DNA of 64,000 nt, taken from the NCBI GenBank assembly GCA_041576165.1, contig JBFGLM010000022.1, positions 14,528 to 78,527 of the forward strand, given 5' to 3'. The translations under genes were made by a program, and so were the position numbers. A model generated the notes under the pieces. That model saw only the letters and a program-made list of their open reading frames with translations, was not told where the DNA came from and ran no database searches. Every line of letters starts with the position of its first letter. Position 1 is the stretch's first letter. Below are positions 18,979 through 29,404 of the stretch, piece by piece. This stretch comes from Acidimicrobiia bacterium (lineage in GTDB: Bacteria; Actinomycetota; Acidimicrobiia; Spongiisociales; Spongiisociaceae).

Positions 18979-20208
18979 TCACGCCCGGACTTTGGGCTCC
19001 TTCGGAAGCCCCAGGATCATCTCTCCTACGATGTTGCGTTGGATCTCGCTCGTTCCGGCGTAGATCGTGCCGGCGCGAGCGTTGAGGAACACGTTCGTCC
19101 ACGAACCGGATTCGTTCGGCGCACCGGGATCGTCGGTGGCGAACGCCGACTGCGGGTGCCGTCCGTCCAGGACCAGGCCGCGCATCCCCATTACGTCCAT
19201 TCCGAGTTCGGTGACCTCCCGGTGGTATTCGCTCCAGAAGATCTTCGTGATTGCCCCGTCCGGCCCGGGCGGGTGGCCCTGCAGGAAGCGGGTCAACGCG
19301 TCGTAACCCATGAACCGCATCACCTCGACCTTCTCATGCATTTGCAGCAGCCGCTCCCGGATCAAAGGGTCGTCCAGCCGGCCCAGCTCGCGAGCGAACT
19401 CAACGAGCCGGTCCAGCTCCTGGCGGAACATGATCGGGCTCACAGCCGCTCGTTCGCCCCGCTCGAAACCGAGCAGCGTCATCGCCACCCGCCAGCCTTC
19501 GTTCAATCCACCGATCACGTGGTCGTTGGACGCCCGGGCGTCGTCGAAGAAGATCTCGTTGAACTCGGACTCGCCGGAGATCATTCTGATCGGACGCACC
19601 TCAACCCCGGGCTGGTCCATCGGACACAACAGGAACGTGATGCCTTTGTGGGGCGGGGCTTCGGGTTCGGTGCGGCATAGCACGAAGATCCAGTTGGCGA
19701 GGTGACCGGCCGAGGTCCAGATCTTCTGACCGTTGATGACCCACTCGTCACCGTCCCGCACAGCCCTCGTTCCGAGGCTGGCCAGATCGGAACCTGCGTT
19801 TGGTTCGGAGTAGCCCTGGCAGAACAGATACTCACCCGAGAGGATGCGGGGGAGGAAGTGGAGTTTCTGTTCTTCCGTGCCCACCTGTAGCAGCGTGTTG
19901 CCCAGCATTTGGATGCCGAACACGTCATTGGGTCCGCCCAGCGGCACGCCGGCCCGGGCGAACTCTTCGGCGACCACGACGACGTCGAGGTCGGTGAGCC
20001 CGGCCCCCCCGTACTCCTCGGGCCACGAGAGGCCGAGCCAGCCCCCCTCATACAGCTGCTGGCGCCAGGTCGTTACGAACGTCCAGTAGGCGTCTCCATC
20101 CAGAGAACCGACACCCTTCCAATCCTGCGGCAGATTCTCAGCGAGAAAGGCCTGGACCTTCTCCCGGGTCGCCTCGGCCCGTTCCGGATAGCCGAATTCC
20201 ACTGGCAC
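18979..20208 (-). CDS. Acyl-CoA dehydrogenase
   Basis: CQGYSEPNAGSDLA, INGQKIWTS, FNEIFFDD, TIYAGTSEIQRN. Confidence 0.95.
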   Translation of the reverse strand: MPVEFGYPERAEATREKVQAFLAENLPQDWKGVGSLDGDAYWTFVTTWRQQLYEGGWLGLSWPEEYGGAGLTDLDVVVVAEEFARAGVPLGGPNDVFGIQMLGNTLLQVGTEEQKLHFLPRILSGEYLFCQGYSEPNAGSDLASLGTRAVRDGDEWVINGQKIWTSAGHLANWIFVLCRTEPEAPPHKGITFLLCPMDQPGVEVRPIRMISGESEFNEIFFDDARASNDHVIGGLNEGWRVAMTLLGFERGERAAVSPIMFRQELDRLVEFARELGRLDDPLIRERLLQMHEKVEVMRFMGYDALTRFLQGHPPGPDGAITKIFWSEYHREVTELGMDVMGMRGLVLDGRHPQSAFATDDPGAPNESGSWTNVFLNARAGTIYAGTSEIQRNIVGEMILGLPKEPKVRA

Positions 20209-20287
20209 CTCGTTGTTCGGGTCACCTCACTCTACCGCCTCACCAACGGCTGGCCGCTGCTCGGTCTCGGCCCAATCGAAGGACGCT

Positions 20288-20314
20288 TCAGGTGCATAGC
20301 CGGTTTGCCGACAG
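20288..20314 (+). promoter_or_regulatory. Possible sigma-28/WhiG-type promoter
   Basis: TCAG-N15-GCCGACAG upstream of the 20360 ORF. Confidence 0.35.
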
Positions 20315-20359
20315 GTTTGATCGGTATATTCCGTTTGCTTCACGACATGGGAGACACAA

Positions 20360-20638
20360 ATGGGGTACGAAGGCTACGTCCGGGTGCTCGCAGCCGGCGG
20401 CGAGGTGCTCGATTTGGCTCGGGCCTCACTTGGCGAGATCGACCACCAGGGTCACACCTGGGGGGGACGCCTCTTCGTGGCACCGGGCTCGGCGCTGGAC
20501 GGCAAATTCATGCCGGTGACGATCGACGTGCCGGGCAAGTTCGCCGGCCCGGCGATCATCAAGCCGTCTGCAAATGGGGCCGGTCCGGACGGGGTGATCC
20601 TGGAGGTTCTGGGAGAAGGCCCGAACCCACTCGACTGA
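20360..20638 (+). CDS. Small hypothetical protein (possibly DUF4873-like)
   Basis: GGGAG SD, typical codon usage, MGYEG...TWGGRL pattern. Confidence 0.6.
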   Translation: MGYEGYVRVLAAGGEVLDLARASLGEIDHQGHTWGGRLFVAPGSALDGKFMPVTIDVPGKFAGPAIIKPSANGAGPDGVILEVLGEGPNPLD

Positions 20639-20648
20639 GCGTCCCGAC

Positions 20649-21848
20649 GTGACCGGCTCTTTTAGCGACCTCGGGGCCGTCCTGCGGCGTGGCCGGGGAC
20701 CCGACCGTACGAGCCTGCTCGAGCTCATCGAGCTCCAGCACGATCCGACCGACGTCCCCGAAGCAGCAATGGTCTTCGACGATCCGGCGTTCGGGCCGGA
20801 AGGATGGCTGGTGGCGGCACACGGGGATCGGGTCGTGGCGTGCATCGCCCCCTTCGAGAATCGCGTACGGATTGGCCGGGTCGAGCTGGCCGGGCTCGAG
20901 ATCGAATTCGTCACCAGTCACCCGAGCGTCGCCGGGCGAGGCTTGATCCGTCGGCTGTTTGCAATGCTGGCCGGAACCCACCCCAACCACCTGGTCCACT
21001 TGATGGTGGGGATTCCCTACTTCTACCGGCGACTGGGTTACGAGTATGCGATCCCAAGCCCGCCGGAGCAGGTGATAGACGAAGACCAGAACCTCACATT
21101 GCCATCCGGGTGGGAATTCATTTCCGTGGACTCGACCTACATCGACGCACTACAAGCCGCCCAAGCTGACATGTCGGACGACGCCGACGTCGCCTTTGCC
21201 CATACCGACACCAGGTGGCGGTGGTTGCTCGCCTCGCCTAACTACACGACGCTGCGGGCCTGCTCGGGGGAGGAGCAGGCCTTCGCCCGTATCCACGACT
21301 GGAAAGGCGACGCGTACATGTTCGACATTGTCGCCCGCAGTCCCGACGGTCTGGAGGCACTGGCCGCTGCCGCCCGCAGCGTGGCCGGCGGGAGCCTGAG
21401 TCTGTTGCTCCGTCCGGCGCTCCGGGAGATCGCCGCAGGCGTCGGCGAGACGGCCTCTCAGGACTACGCCTACTACGCCAAGGTGACGGATCCGGTCGCT
21501 GCGCTCGAGGCGCTGCGCCCGGAGCTGAGTGCCCGCCTCCAGAGATCCGATCAGGCCGGTGCCGCCGGGCGCTTGCTGATTTCGTTCTACACATCATCGG
21601 TGACTCTGGAATACGACCGCGGCGCAATCGGACCGGTTCGTCCCGGAGACCCAGAGCGGGCGCCGGTGGCGGCCGGCGGCGCCGGCGTTCCTCCCGACCT
21701 GATCGCCACGCTGCTCCTCGGACCCGACGGCTTCACTACCATGGCACGGCGCCACCCGGATGTGCTGGCTGGCCAGGCAGCAGGCGCGGTCATGGGCGCC
21801 CTGTTCCCGCCTCAGACCGTCGACGTCCAGTCGTGGGTCTATCCGTGA
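20649..21848 (+). CDS. GNAT acetyltransferase (Eis-like, multi-domain)
   Basis: IEFVTSHPSVAGRGLIRRL, GIPYFYRRLGYEYA. Confidence 0.8.
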   Translation: MTGSFSDLGAVLRRGRGPDRTSLLELIELQHDPTDVPEAAMVFDDPAFGPEGWLVAAHGDRVVACIAPFENRVRIGRVELAGLEIEFVTSHPSVAGRGLIRRLFAMLAGTHPNHLVHLMVGIPYFYRRLGYEYAIPSPPEQVIDEDQNLTLPSGWEFISVDSTYIDALQAAQADMSDDADVAFAHTDTRWRWLLASPNYTTLRACSGEEQAFARIHDWKGDAYMFDIVARSPDGLEALAAAARSVAGGSLSLLLRPALREIAAGVGETASQDYAYYAKVTDPVAALEALRPELSARLQRSDQAGAAGRLLISFYTSSVTLEYDRGAIGPVRPGDPERAPVAAGGAGVPPDLIATLLLGPDGFTTMARRHPDVLAGQAAGAVMGALFPPQTVDVQSWVYP

Positions 21849-21856
21849 CCCGGCGC

Positions 21857-23074
21857 TCAGCGGTTCGCCAATAGATCCGGCCGCGCCCAGCCGGTGACGT
21901 CCTCAGCCAAGACCACCCGGAACCGTTCGCGGGGGAGGTCGTGTTTCCAATCCCCGTGCAGAGCCAGCTGGGCGGCGATACGTCCTAGCTCGGAACCCCA
22001 CTTGGCGGCCCGGCCGTTGCCGCCGGTTGCCACGAACAGCCTTCCCGGCGTGATCACGTCGATGTATGGGTTGCCGTGGGCGGTGTAGGCGATCACGCAG
22101 CGTTCGGTGCGCCAGACGGTGCTGTCGAGCTGGGGGAAGAGGTTGAGCATGGCCCGTCGGAGCAGGGGCAGCGGATTGACCGTGCCGGCCTGGCGGTACC
22201 ATCCGGCCGCCGCATCCGGCCCGTCCAGCCACTGATCCCGAGCGGTGTTGGCGCCCAGTTTCAGCCTCCACCGGCCGTCCGGGGTGGCGGTCAGCGGAGT
22301 GGTGTAGATCTCGGCAACATCGGCCGGCTCGAGGTCGAGATGCATCGGCGGAACGTCCATGTACAGGGCCCGTTGCTCCGGCGGAACTTCAGCGAAGACA
22401 ATAGTTTCGGATTTGAGGCGCAGGGCCAACTGGCGCGGCAAAAGGCCGGTTCGGTTGGTGAAGGCTCCGGCTGCCACCAGGCATCTTGGAGCCGACAGCA
22501 CCGTTCCGCTCACGGTCGTGACCCGGCAGCCACCACCGTCCGCGGAGATGTTGGTCACCATGTCGGGAATGAGCTCGGCGCCGCTCTGACGTAAAAACTC
22601 GGCGACCAGCCGGCGCGGATCGATGACCCCGGCCGGCGGGTGTTCGAAGTAGCCGAGGGTGTCGTCGGGTACATGAACCACCGGCCAGCGACGCCGGATT
22701 TCCCGACCATTGACGATTTCGATACCGAAACGGTCCTCGTGGCGGGCAGCCTGCCACTCGAGTTCGGCGAGGCCACACCCGGGCTGTGCGCCGTAGAGAA
22801 CGCCGGTGTGGCGCGCAATCGGAGCCCCGGAGGCCTTTTCGAGCTGATGCATGGTGTCGAGTGAGCGAAGTGCCAGTTCGGTCTCTGCCGGATCAGGATG
22901 CCACCGCCACATCAACCGGGTCTGGTCATAATGTGCACCGAAGACACCGGTGTGGGTAGCAGGATCGTGCGGCTCCGGCGATGCGATCACGGTGACTTGC
23001 GCGCCGCGGCGGGCGGCGTGAAACGCAGCAGGAGCACCCATGATGCCGCCGCCGACGACGATCAGGTCGGTCAT
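21857..23074 (-). CDS. FAD-dependent oxidoreductase (sarcosine oxidase/DAO family)
   Basis: VGGGIMG, GAHYDQTR, VAAGAFT, GGNGRAAK. Confidence 0.85.
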   Translation of the reverse strand: MTDLIVVGGGIMGAPAAFHAARRGAQVTVIASPEPHDPATHTGVFGAHYDQTRLMWRWHPDPAETELALRSLDTMHQLEKASGAPIARHTGVLYGAQPGCGLAELEWQAARHEDRFGIEIVNGREIRRRWPVVHVPDDTLGYFEHPPAGVIDPRRLVAEFLRQSGAELIPDMVTNISADGGGCRVTTVSGTVLSAPRCLVAAGAFTNRTGLLPRQLALRLKSETIVFAEVPPEQRALYMDVPPMHLDLEPADVAEIYTTPLTATPDGRWRLKLGANTARDQWLDGPDAAAGWYRQAGTVNPLPLLRRAMLNLFPQLDSTVWRTERCVIAYTAHGNPYIDVITPGRLFVATGGNGRAAKWGSELGRIAAQLALHGDWKHDLPRERFRVVLAEDVTGWARPDLLANR

Positions 23075-23126
23075 TGGCGGATGCCCGGCATGGCCGCACG
23101 GCGCGGGAGTTTCTGGCTCCGGGCGA

Positions 23127-24488
23127 TCAAAGCTCGAGCAACGCCTGTTCGACGATCTCGGGCGGCGCAGGGTGTATGTAGTACTGCTGGGTGGCCATTT
23201 CGTCGACGGTTTGCCCGAATCGCATGCCCTGGATCAGCTGCTGGATGAGCGTCGCAGCCATCGGTCCCATGATGTGGGCTCCGAGCAGCAGACGCGTTTC
23301 GGCGTGGGCGATCAACTTACAGATTGAGTCCTGATCCTCCATCGCCCATCCATATGCCGCGGCGCCATAGGGTCTGGTGACCTTGGTGTACGGAAGGTTT
23401 GCAGCAACGACGTCGCGTTCGGTCATGCCTACCGCCGCGACCTGGGGATTGGCGAATACAGCGTGGGGCACTGCGCCCAGGGTCATGGTGCGCAGGTCCT
23501 CCGGGTGGATGATGTTGTGCGCCACCATGCGGGTCGAGGCGTTGGCCAGATGCTTCAACTGTTCTCTGTACGCGATATCCCCGAGCGCCCAAATGCCCTC
23601 GACATTGGTCCGGCCATGATCATCGACCACGACATACCCTTCGTCGTCCACGGCAACGCCGGTCGCGGCGACACCGAGCCTGTCCGAGTTCGGCAAGCGC
23701 CCGGTCGCGACGAGGAGCATGTCGGCCTCGGTCTCGAATCCGCCCTCGCTGTCCGACCCCTTGACGCGGATCAGCGTTGATTCGTCTTCGGAGAACCCCT
23801 CAATGGTGCAGCCAAGATGAACCTTGTAGCGGCGCCGGTACTGCTCCGTGAACCATGCCGATATGTCGTCATCCTCATCCCGAAGCATGCGGGGCCCGCG
23901 GACCACGAACTCGACCTCGACCCCGAAGGCGCCAAACACTTCGCCCAGCTCGGCCGCGATGAAGCCGCCCCCGAGCACCAGTAGCCGCTCGGGGAGTTGG
24001 TCGATACGCATGATGTCGTCGCTGGTGTAGAAGGTGACCTCATTCAGGCCGCTGATCTTTGGGACGGAGGGTCGGGCCCCCGCGGCCAGGACAATGGTGT
24101 CGGACGTGATCATCGACTCGCCAACCTGAAGCTGCTTGTGGCCCACAAACCGGCCACGGCTCGGGTAAACCGCGATGTGTTCGAGCCGCTGCCGGTAGGC
24201 ACGGCCACCCTCAGCAATGGGATCAATCCGCTCGAAGATGCGGTCTCGAATGGCGGGCCAGTCGACACCGTCCATCCGGCTGTGAACGCCGTAGATCGGG
24301 CCGCGGGCAGCGAGATCGGCGATCTCCGCGGCGTAGACGTACATCTTCGAGGGGATGCACCCCCGGTTCAGGCACGTACCGCCAAACGGTCCCTCTTCGA
24401 CAATCGCCACCTTCCAGTCGTCGAAGTCGGGGGAGAGCAGCATGTTGCCGGACCCGGCGCCGATGATGATCAGGTCGAAGCGCTCCAC
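23127..24488 (-). CDS. mtr: Mycothione reductase
   Basis: GAGSGN, GGTCLNRGCIPSKM, QLKHLAN, QYYIHPA. Confidence 0.88.
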   Translation of the reverse strand: MERFDLIIIGAGSGNMLLSPDFDDWKVAIVEEGPFGGTCLNRGCIPSKMYVYAAEIADLAARGPIYGVHSRMDGVDWPAIRDRIFERIDPIAEGGRAYRQRLEHIAVYPSRGRFVGHKQLQVGESMITSDTIVLAAGARPSVPKISGLNEVTFYTSDDIMRIDQLPERLLVLGGGFIAAELGEVFGAFGVEVEFVVRGPRMLRDEDDDISAWFTEQYRRRYKVHLGCTIEGFSEDESTLIRVKGSDSEGGFETEADMLLVATGRLPNSDRLGVAATGVAVDDEGYVVVDDHGRTNVEGIWALGDIAYREQLKHLANASTRMVAHNIIHPEDLRTMTLGAVPHAVFANPQVAAVGMTERDVVAANLPYTKVTRPYGAAAYGWAMEDQDSICKLIAHAETRLLLGAHIMGPMAATLIQQLIQGMRFGQTVDEMATQQYYIHPAPPEIVEQALLEL

Positions 24489-24645
24489 GGGTCATGACAC
24501 TACGGGACACGCCGCCAAAGGCAACTCACCCATCCGCCCGGCGGACGGGGACCCGGCCATGGTGCCCGATGGCCATCTGACGGCTTGCCGGGAGCGGACG
24601 CATGGGACGGTAGGTTGACCTCGAGCCCGTAGCGAGGAGACGGAC

Positions 24646-25421
24646 GTGCGGGTGTTTGCGGCGGGGGTCGGCGTGGTCATAGTCGTTGGCGTCCTGGCCG
24701 ACATGGTGAACACCCTGGTCACGACCTCGACCAGCAACAACAAATGGTGGCTGACCCAACGGCTCTACCGGATTGCGTGGCGAGCCACGACGGGCTCGCG
24801 CGCGTGATGCGCAGCGACCGAGCGAGGGAGCGGTTGCTCGCCACTTTCGCTCCGGTATCGGTGTTGATGCTCCTCGCAGTGTGAGTGACCCAGCAGATAC
24901 TGGGATTCGGCCTTGTCTGGTGGGCGGTTGGCGGTGTCGAGGGGGCCAGCGACCTCTGGGATGCGGTCTATTTCTCCGGCGTCGATGCTGGTGCTGTTCC
25001 GCTCCATCCCGGCCACCACTGGGTTACGGCACTCGGACTGGTGACCGACGCTGCCCTGCAGTGCATGCTGATAGAAGGCGCCAGGGGACGCTCGTCGAAC
25101 TGGATGCTGCGCTGGGCGATCCGCCTGTTCGATCAACGGACCGCCCACGTCGATCTGTCCGGGTACCGGACCGGTGCCCCTCAGCTGGAGGACGCCAGCG
25201 AAGACGAGCGGTCACGTTTGTTTCGGGATCTCTACCAGCAGCTGGAAGACCACGGCTTCGATCTGGTGCCCTACGAGCGAGCACTCGAGGTCGTAGCTCC
25301 TCTCCGGCGCCGATCCGCAGCTGCGCTCGAATTCCAGATCGACGAGCTGCTGGCCCCGCGTGGTTTCTGGGGCCATGCGGTTGGCCACCAGGCCGACTGG
25401 TACGCCCCGCAACTACCCTGA
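24646..25421 (+). pseudogene. Potassium channel family membrane protein pseudogene
   Basis: GAGGAG SD and GTG start (MRVFAAGVGVVIVVGVLADMVNTLV). Frameshift near 24790, in-frame TGA at 24882 (LLAV*VTQQ), pore region missing after DAVYFSGV. Confidence 0.7.
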
Positions 25422-25449
25422 GGCGAGGTCGTTTGAGCAGTCGACGTCG

Positions 25450-26700
25450 TCAGCGGTGGGGCGGGTCCAGATCGGACGGCACGATCAAGCGGGCGGCTCG
25501 GTCCGCGAACAGGTAGTCGCCCGACCAGGACAGCAGGGCCGAGACCCGGTTCCGGAAGCCAACCAGCTTCAGCAGATGCAGCCCTAGCCACATGACCCAC
25601 GCAACGAATCCCTTGAACCGCCACCGGTTGAACAGGTGCACGACTGCTGCGTTCCGCCCGATTACAGCCATGTTGCCCAAATCCCGGTAGCGGTATGGCT
25701 CCAGGCGGTCGCCGGCGAGGTGGCGGAGGATGTTCCTGGCCGCCAGGGCACCCTGCTGTTGCGCATTCTGGGCCACCATCGGAGCCGAATCCGCCTCGGG
25801 ATGCGAACTGTCGCCGACGATGAACACGCGCTCAAGGCCGGCGGGCCGGAGATCGGGCCCGGTAGCCACCGTCCCGTTGCGGCGTTGATCCAGTCCCCAG
25901 GCTCCGAGATCCGGCGGGCCACCCACCCCGGCCGTCCAGACGACCGTGTCGGCTTCGAGGCTCGTGCCATCCGCAAGAATCACACCGCTCTGTTTGACCT
26001 CTGCCACTTGGGCGCCGAGCAATACCTCCACACCCTTCTTTTGAAGCCGCTCTTCCGCGTACGCGCGCAGTGATTCGGGGTACACGCCAAGCACGTGTGG
26101 CGCCCCTTCGAGCAACACCACCCGGACGTCATCGAGGCTCCCCATGTCCTTGTTGAGCGGGCCCCGGATCAACTCGATGAGGGCCCCGGCGTATTCGACC
26201 CCGGTCGGGCCGCCACCGACGACCATGAACGTGCGAGCGGCGCGACGGGCGGCGCCGGTCAGACGGATCGACCGCTCGAGGGTGCGCAGGGTGTGATTCC
26301 GCAGCGCCATGGCATGATCGAGGATCCGCAACGGCCAGGAGTGTTCGTCAGCGCCTGGCACGCCGAAGTACTGCGTGGCCGAACCCGGCGCCAGCACCAG
26401 GTAGTCGTATGAAACGGCTTTGCCGTCGACGTCGAGCGTCTGCGCGACGAAGTCGATGGACTTCACCGAGCCCAGCAGGAATTCCACATTGGGCATCCGG
26501 CGGATGATGGCTCGGATGGGGTAGGCAATGTCACCGGGTGCGAGCTCGGCTGCAGCCACCTGGTAGAGGAGGGGAAAGAACGAGTGGTAGTTGTTGCGGT
26601 CGATCAGGGTCACGTCGACCGGCTTGCCGGCCAGGCCTTTGGTCGCCCACAGGCCGCCGAAGCCTGCGCCGACAATCACGACATGCGGTCGGGTCCTCAC
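25450..26700 (-). CDS. ndh: Type II NADH dehydrogenase
   Basis: GAGFGG, PLLYQVA, VGGGPTGVE, VWTAG, AQNAQQQG, WLGLHL. Confidence 0.9.
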   Translation of the reverse strand: MRTRPHVVIVGAGFGGLWATKGLAGKPVDVTLIDRNNYHSFFPLLYQVAAAELAPGDIAYPIRAIIRRMPNVEFLLGSVKSIDFVAQTLDVDGKAVSYDYLVLAPGSATQYFGVPGADEHSWPLRILDHAMALRNHTLRTLERSIRLTGAARRAARTFMVVGGGPTGVEYAGALIELIRGPLNKDMGSLDDVRVVLLEGAPHVLGVYPESLRAYAEERLQKKGVEVLLGAQVAEVKQSGVILADGTSLEADTVVWTAGVGGPPDLGAWGLDQRRNGTVATGPDLRPAGLERVFIVGDSSHPEADSAPMVAQNAQQQGALAARNILRHLAGDRLEPYRYRDLGNMAVIGRNAAVVHLFNRWRFKGFVAWVMWLGLHLLKLVGFRNRVSALLSWSGDYLFADRAARLIVPSDLDPPHR

Positions 26701-26829
26701 TCAGTCACCTCGTGCTGATGAGCTTCACGCTAGATGCGGTGTGCGGATTCCCCGGAATCCGAGCGCGACCGATCCATGGTCATGCGTGCGGGAGGAGGCT
26801 AGGGTCCAGCCCGGTAGGCCCGCCGCACC

Positions 26830-28413
26830 TCACACGATCTGGATGGTCACGCTGTGGTATCCGGTCGCTCCATCCGGACGTGGGGGCGCTATCTCGGCTG
26901 TTTGAGTCTCCCCGCCCGCATCAGTTGCCCGCACGCGGACCGTATGGTCCCCTGGTTGCGCGTTCGTGGCGTCCCAAACGAATGTCCACTGGCGCCACGA
27001 GTTGATCGACAAGTCGAGCCCGAGTTCGGCTTCCTGCCACTCGCCGTCATCGATCTGCACCTCGACGCGCTCGATCCCGGTGTTCTGAGCCCACGCCACG
27101 CCACCGATCGGTACAGCGCCCGGCTGGAAGTTGGCGCGTGGGCGGGGCGTGTCGATCCTCGACTGGGTTTTGATCGGTGCCTCCTTCGCCCAGCCGCGAG
27201 GTATCCAGTACGCATCGAATGCGTCCCACGCTGTCAGCTCGATCTCGCTGAGCCATTTCGTGGCCGACACATATCCGTAGAGCCCCGAAACGACCAGCCG
27301 AGCCGGGAACCCATGCTCGAAAGGCAGCGGCTCGCCGTTCATGCCCACGGCCAGGAGGGCGGTACGTCCGTCGGTGGCAACCTCAGTCGGGAAGCCAACG
27401 GTGAAGCCATCAACCGAGCGGCCGACGATCTGAGTGCCCGGCGGCTGAACCCCTGCCCGGTCGAGCAGATCGGGGAGGGACACCCCCAGCCAGCGCGCTG
27501 TCCCTATCAGATCACCACCCACCGAGTTCGAAACACAAGCGATCGTCACATCATGTTCTTCCAAGTCCATGGCGAGGATCTGGTCGTAGGTCAGCGAATA
27601 CGGACGATCCACGAGGCCGGTGAACTGGACCGTCCAATCCTCCAGATTGATCATCGGGACCGAGATGGCGGTATCGATCCGGTAAAAGATGTCGTTCGGT
27701 GTGATCAGCGAAGATACGCCCGCGACGGGGACGTTGGCGTCCGGTGACAGCGGAGCGAGGGGCAAGGCGGGAACCGGGAGAACCACGTCGCTGCGGCTGG
27801 AGGCGATGATGCGCGCCCGCTCGGCCAGCCAACGTCCCGCGGCGGCCGAAACACCGGCGATCACAAGCACCGAGCCGGCGCCCAGCAAGAAACGTCGCCG
27901 GTCGGCGCCATCGGTGGTTCCCGGATATGTCATCGAGCCCGCTCGCCCCCGCGCCAGGCCGACCAAGCGGGTGAAGACCAGGACACCCACGATGCCGGCG
28001 ACGAGCGCGGTACCGGTTGCCAGCATGAATGACACGCCGGCCGATCGGACAAGCCCGAGCCAGGCCAGTCCGGCGAAGGCCCAGATCACTATCACGCCCG
28101 TCGTCGTGGATCGAACGGCACGGCGCCCGATGACCACCCCGGCGATGAGCGCGACAACCAGGATCGACAGCACCAGGACCAGCTTGTCCGCCGTCCCGAA
28201 GGTGCGGATGGCCCATTTCTGTACCGCCTCGGGAGAAGCTTCCACTACCAGGTCGGCCACGCCAACTACTGGCGACGGAACGGAGAAGATCAAGCCGGCA
28301 ATCAATTCGCCCGCCGCGAAGGCGGCGGCAGCGGCCAGCACACCTGCCAGCACAAATCGCCACACCACCGGCGGTGAGGTCGATTCAGGGGACTGCCGTT
28401 CGAGAGTGTCCAT
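26830..28413 (-). CDS. Membrane-anchored sulfite oxidase family molybdoenzyme
   Basis: About 5 N-terminal TMs, internal DRRRFL twin-arginine, FYRIDTA, CVSN, HGFPARL, GLYGYVSATKW. Confidence 0.92.
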   Translation of the reverse strand: MDTLERQSPESTSPPVVWRFVLAGVLAAAAAFAAGELIAGLIFSVPSPVVGVADLVVEASPEAVQKWAIRTFGTADKLVLVLSILVVALIAGVVIGRRAVRSTTTGVIVIWAFAGLAWLGLVRSAGVSFMLATGTALVAGIVGVLVFTRLVGLARGRAGSMTYPGTTDGADRRRFLLGAGSVLVIAGVSAAAGRWLAERARIIASSRSDVVLPVPALPLAPLSPDANVPVAGVSSLITPNDIFYRIDTAISVPMINLEDWTVQFTGLVDRPYSLTYDQILAMDLEEHDVTIACVSNSVGGDLIGTARWLGVSLPDLLDRAGVQPPGTQIVGRSVDGFTVGFPTEVATDGRTALLAVGMNGEPLPFEHGFPARLVVSGLYGYVSATKWLSEIELTAWDAFDAYWIPRGWAKEAPIKTQSRIDTPRPRANFQPGAVPIGGVAWAQNTGIERVEVQIDDGEWQEAELGLDLSINSWRQWTFVWDATNAQPGDHTVRVRATDAGGETQTAEIAPPRPDGATGYHSVTIQIV

Positions 28414-28570
28414 GGGCTACAGACTACGACCGGCTCCGCAGACCGTTCACAGAACCCGTCGCTGTTTCGTCTTTGTTCACCTCCGCGTTCGTGCCATGTC
28501 ATGACTTCCGGTCACCGTGGTAACGAGCGCACCGCAAGCGGCGGTGCCCGTCAGGGAAGGGAGCGCGAAG

Positions 28571-29308
28571 TTGCGCAGATTGATCGTATTGGCTGTCGCC
28601 GCGGCAGTGATGGCAGCAATGACATTGCCGGCTGTGGCCGCAGATCGTGGCCACGAGCCCAGGGAACAGACCTACACCGTGACGGTGACCAACGTGAACG
28701 CCAACCAGTGGTTCACGCCGCCGGTCATTGCCACCCACGGCAAAAAGAACGTGGTCTTCAAGACCGGAAAGCCTGCGTCCTTCGAACTCAAGGAGATCGC
28801 CGAGAACGGAAATCTCGCCCCGATGGAGGCGGCCCTGTCGAACAACCGCCGCGTGCATGACGTGGTGGTCGCGGTGAGCTCACCAATGCCACCGCTAGGC
28901 CCGGGGAGCTCAATCACCGTTGACATCGACGGCAGCTCGAAGACCAAACGGCTATCGATCGCCTCGATGCTGATCTGCACCAACGATGGGTTTACCGGAT
29001 TCAACGCGGTCAAGCTGCCCCGCCGGGTCGGGCAGACGGTCACCTATTACGCCGGAGCCTACGACGCCGGAACGGAGATCAACAACCAGGACCTCGCCGA
29101 TATCGTGCCGCCATGCCAGGGTCTGAATGGCGTGGTGGACGACATGAAAGCGCCTGGGACCGGTGAATCTGATCCGGCCTTGGCTGAAGGTGGCGTGATA
29201 ACGATGCACCCAGGTATCGTGAAAGACGTCGGCGACTTGACCCCTGCCGCTCACGGATGGGACGTCGATGCACCGGTCATGAAGGTGACGATCACCCGCA
29301 ACGGTTGA
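28571..29308 (+). CDS. Secreted Spondin_N domain protein
   Basis: Signal peptide; QWFTPPVIATH, IAENGN, SMLICTNDGF, YDAGTEIN. Confidence 0.88.
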   Translation: MRRLIVLAVAAAVMAAMTLPAVAADRGHEPREQTYTVTVTNVNANQWFTPPVIATHGKKNVVFKTGKPASFELKEIAENGNLAPMEAALSNNRRVHDVVVAVSSPMPPLGPGSSITVDIDGSSKTKRLSIASMLICTNDGFTGFNAVKLPRRVGQTVTYYAGAYDAGTEINNQDLADIVPPCQGLNGVVDDMKAPGTGESDPALAEGGVITMHPGIVKDVGDLTPAAHGWDVDAPVMKVTITRNG

Positions 29309-29334
29309 GCCACTCGCGAGTACATCCTCGCATC

Positions 29335-29367
29335 GGAGCCCCGGGTGACTCGGTCACCCGGGGCTCC
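29335..29367 (+). terminator. Perfect 15-bp stem-loop after the spondin gene
   Basis: GGAGCCCCGGGTGAC-TCG-GTCACCCGGGGCTCC. Confidence 0.75.
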
Positions 29368-29404
29368 TGGCACAATGTGAGAGATTCGGCCCAAGGAGTT
29401 CGAA

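Noticed and set aside
24882-24884. In-frame TGA as selenocysteine or recoded Trp
   Set aside because: It lies in a TM segment where Trp is expected, the gene has other lesions, and TGA is the usual stop codon in this window.
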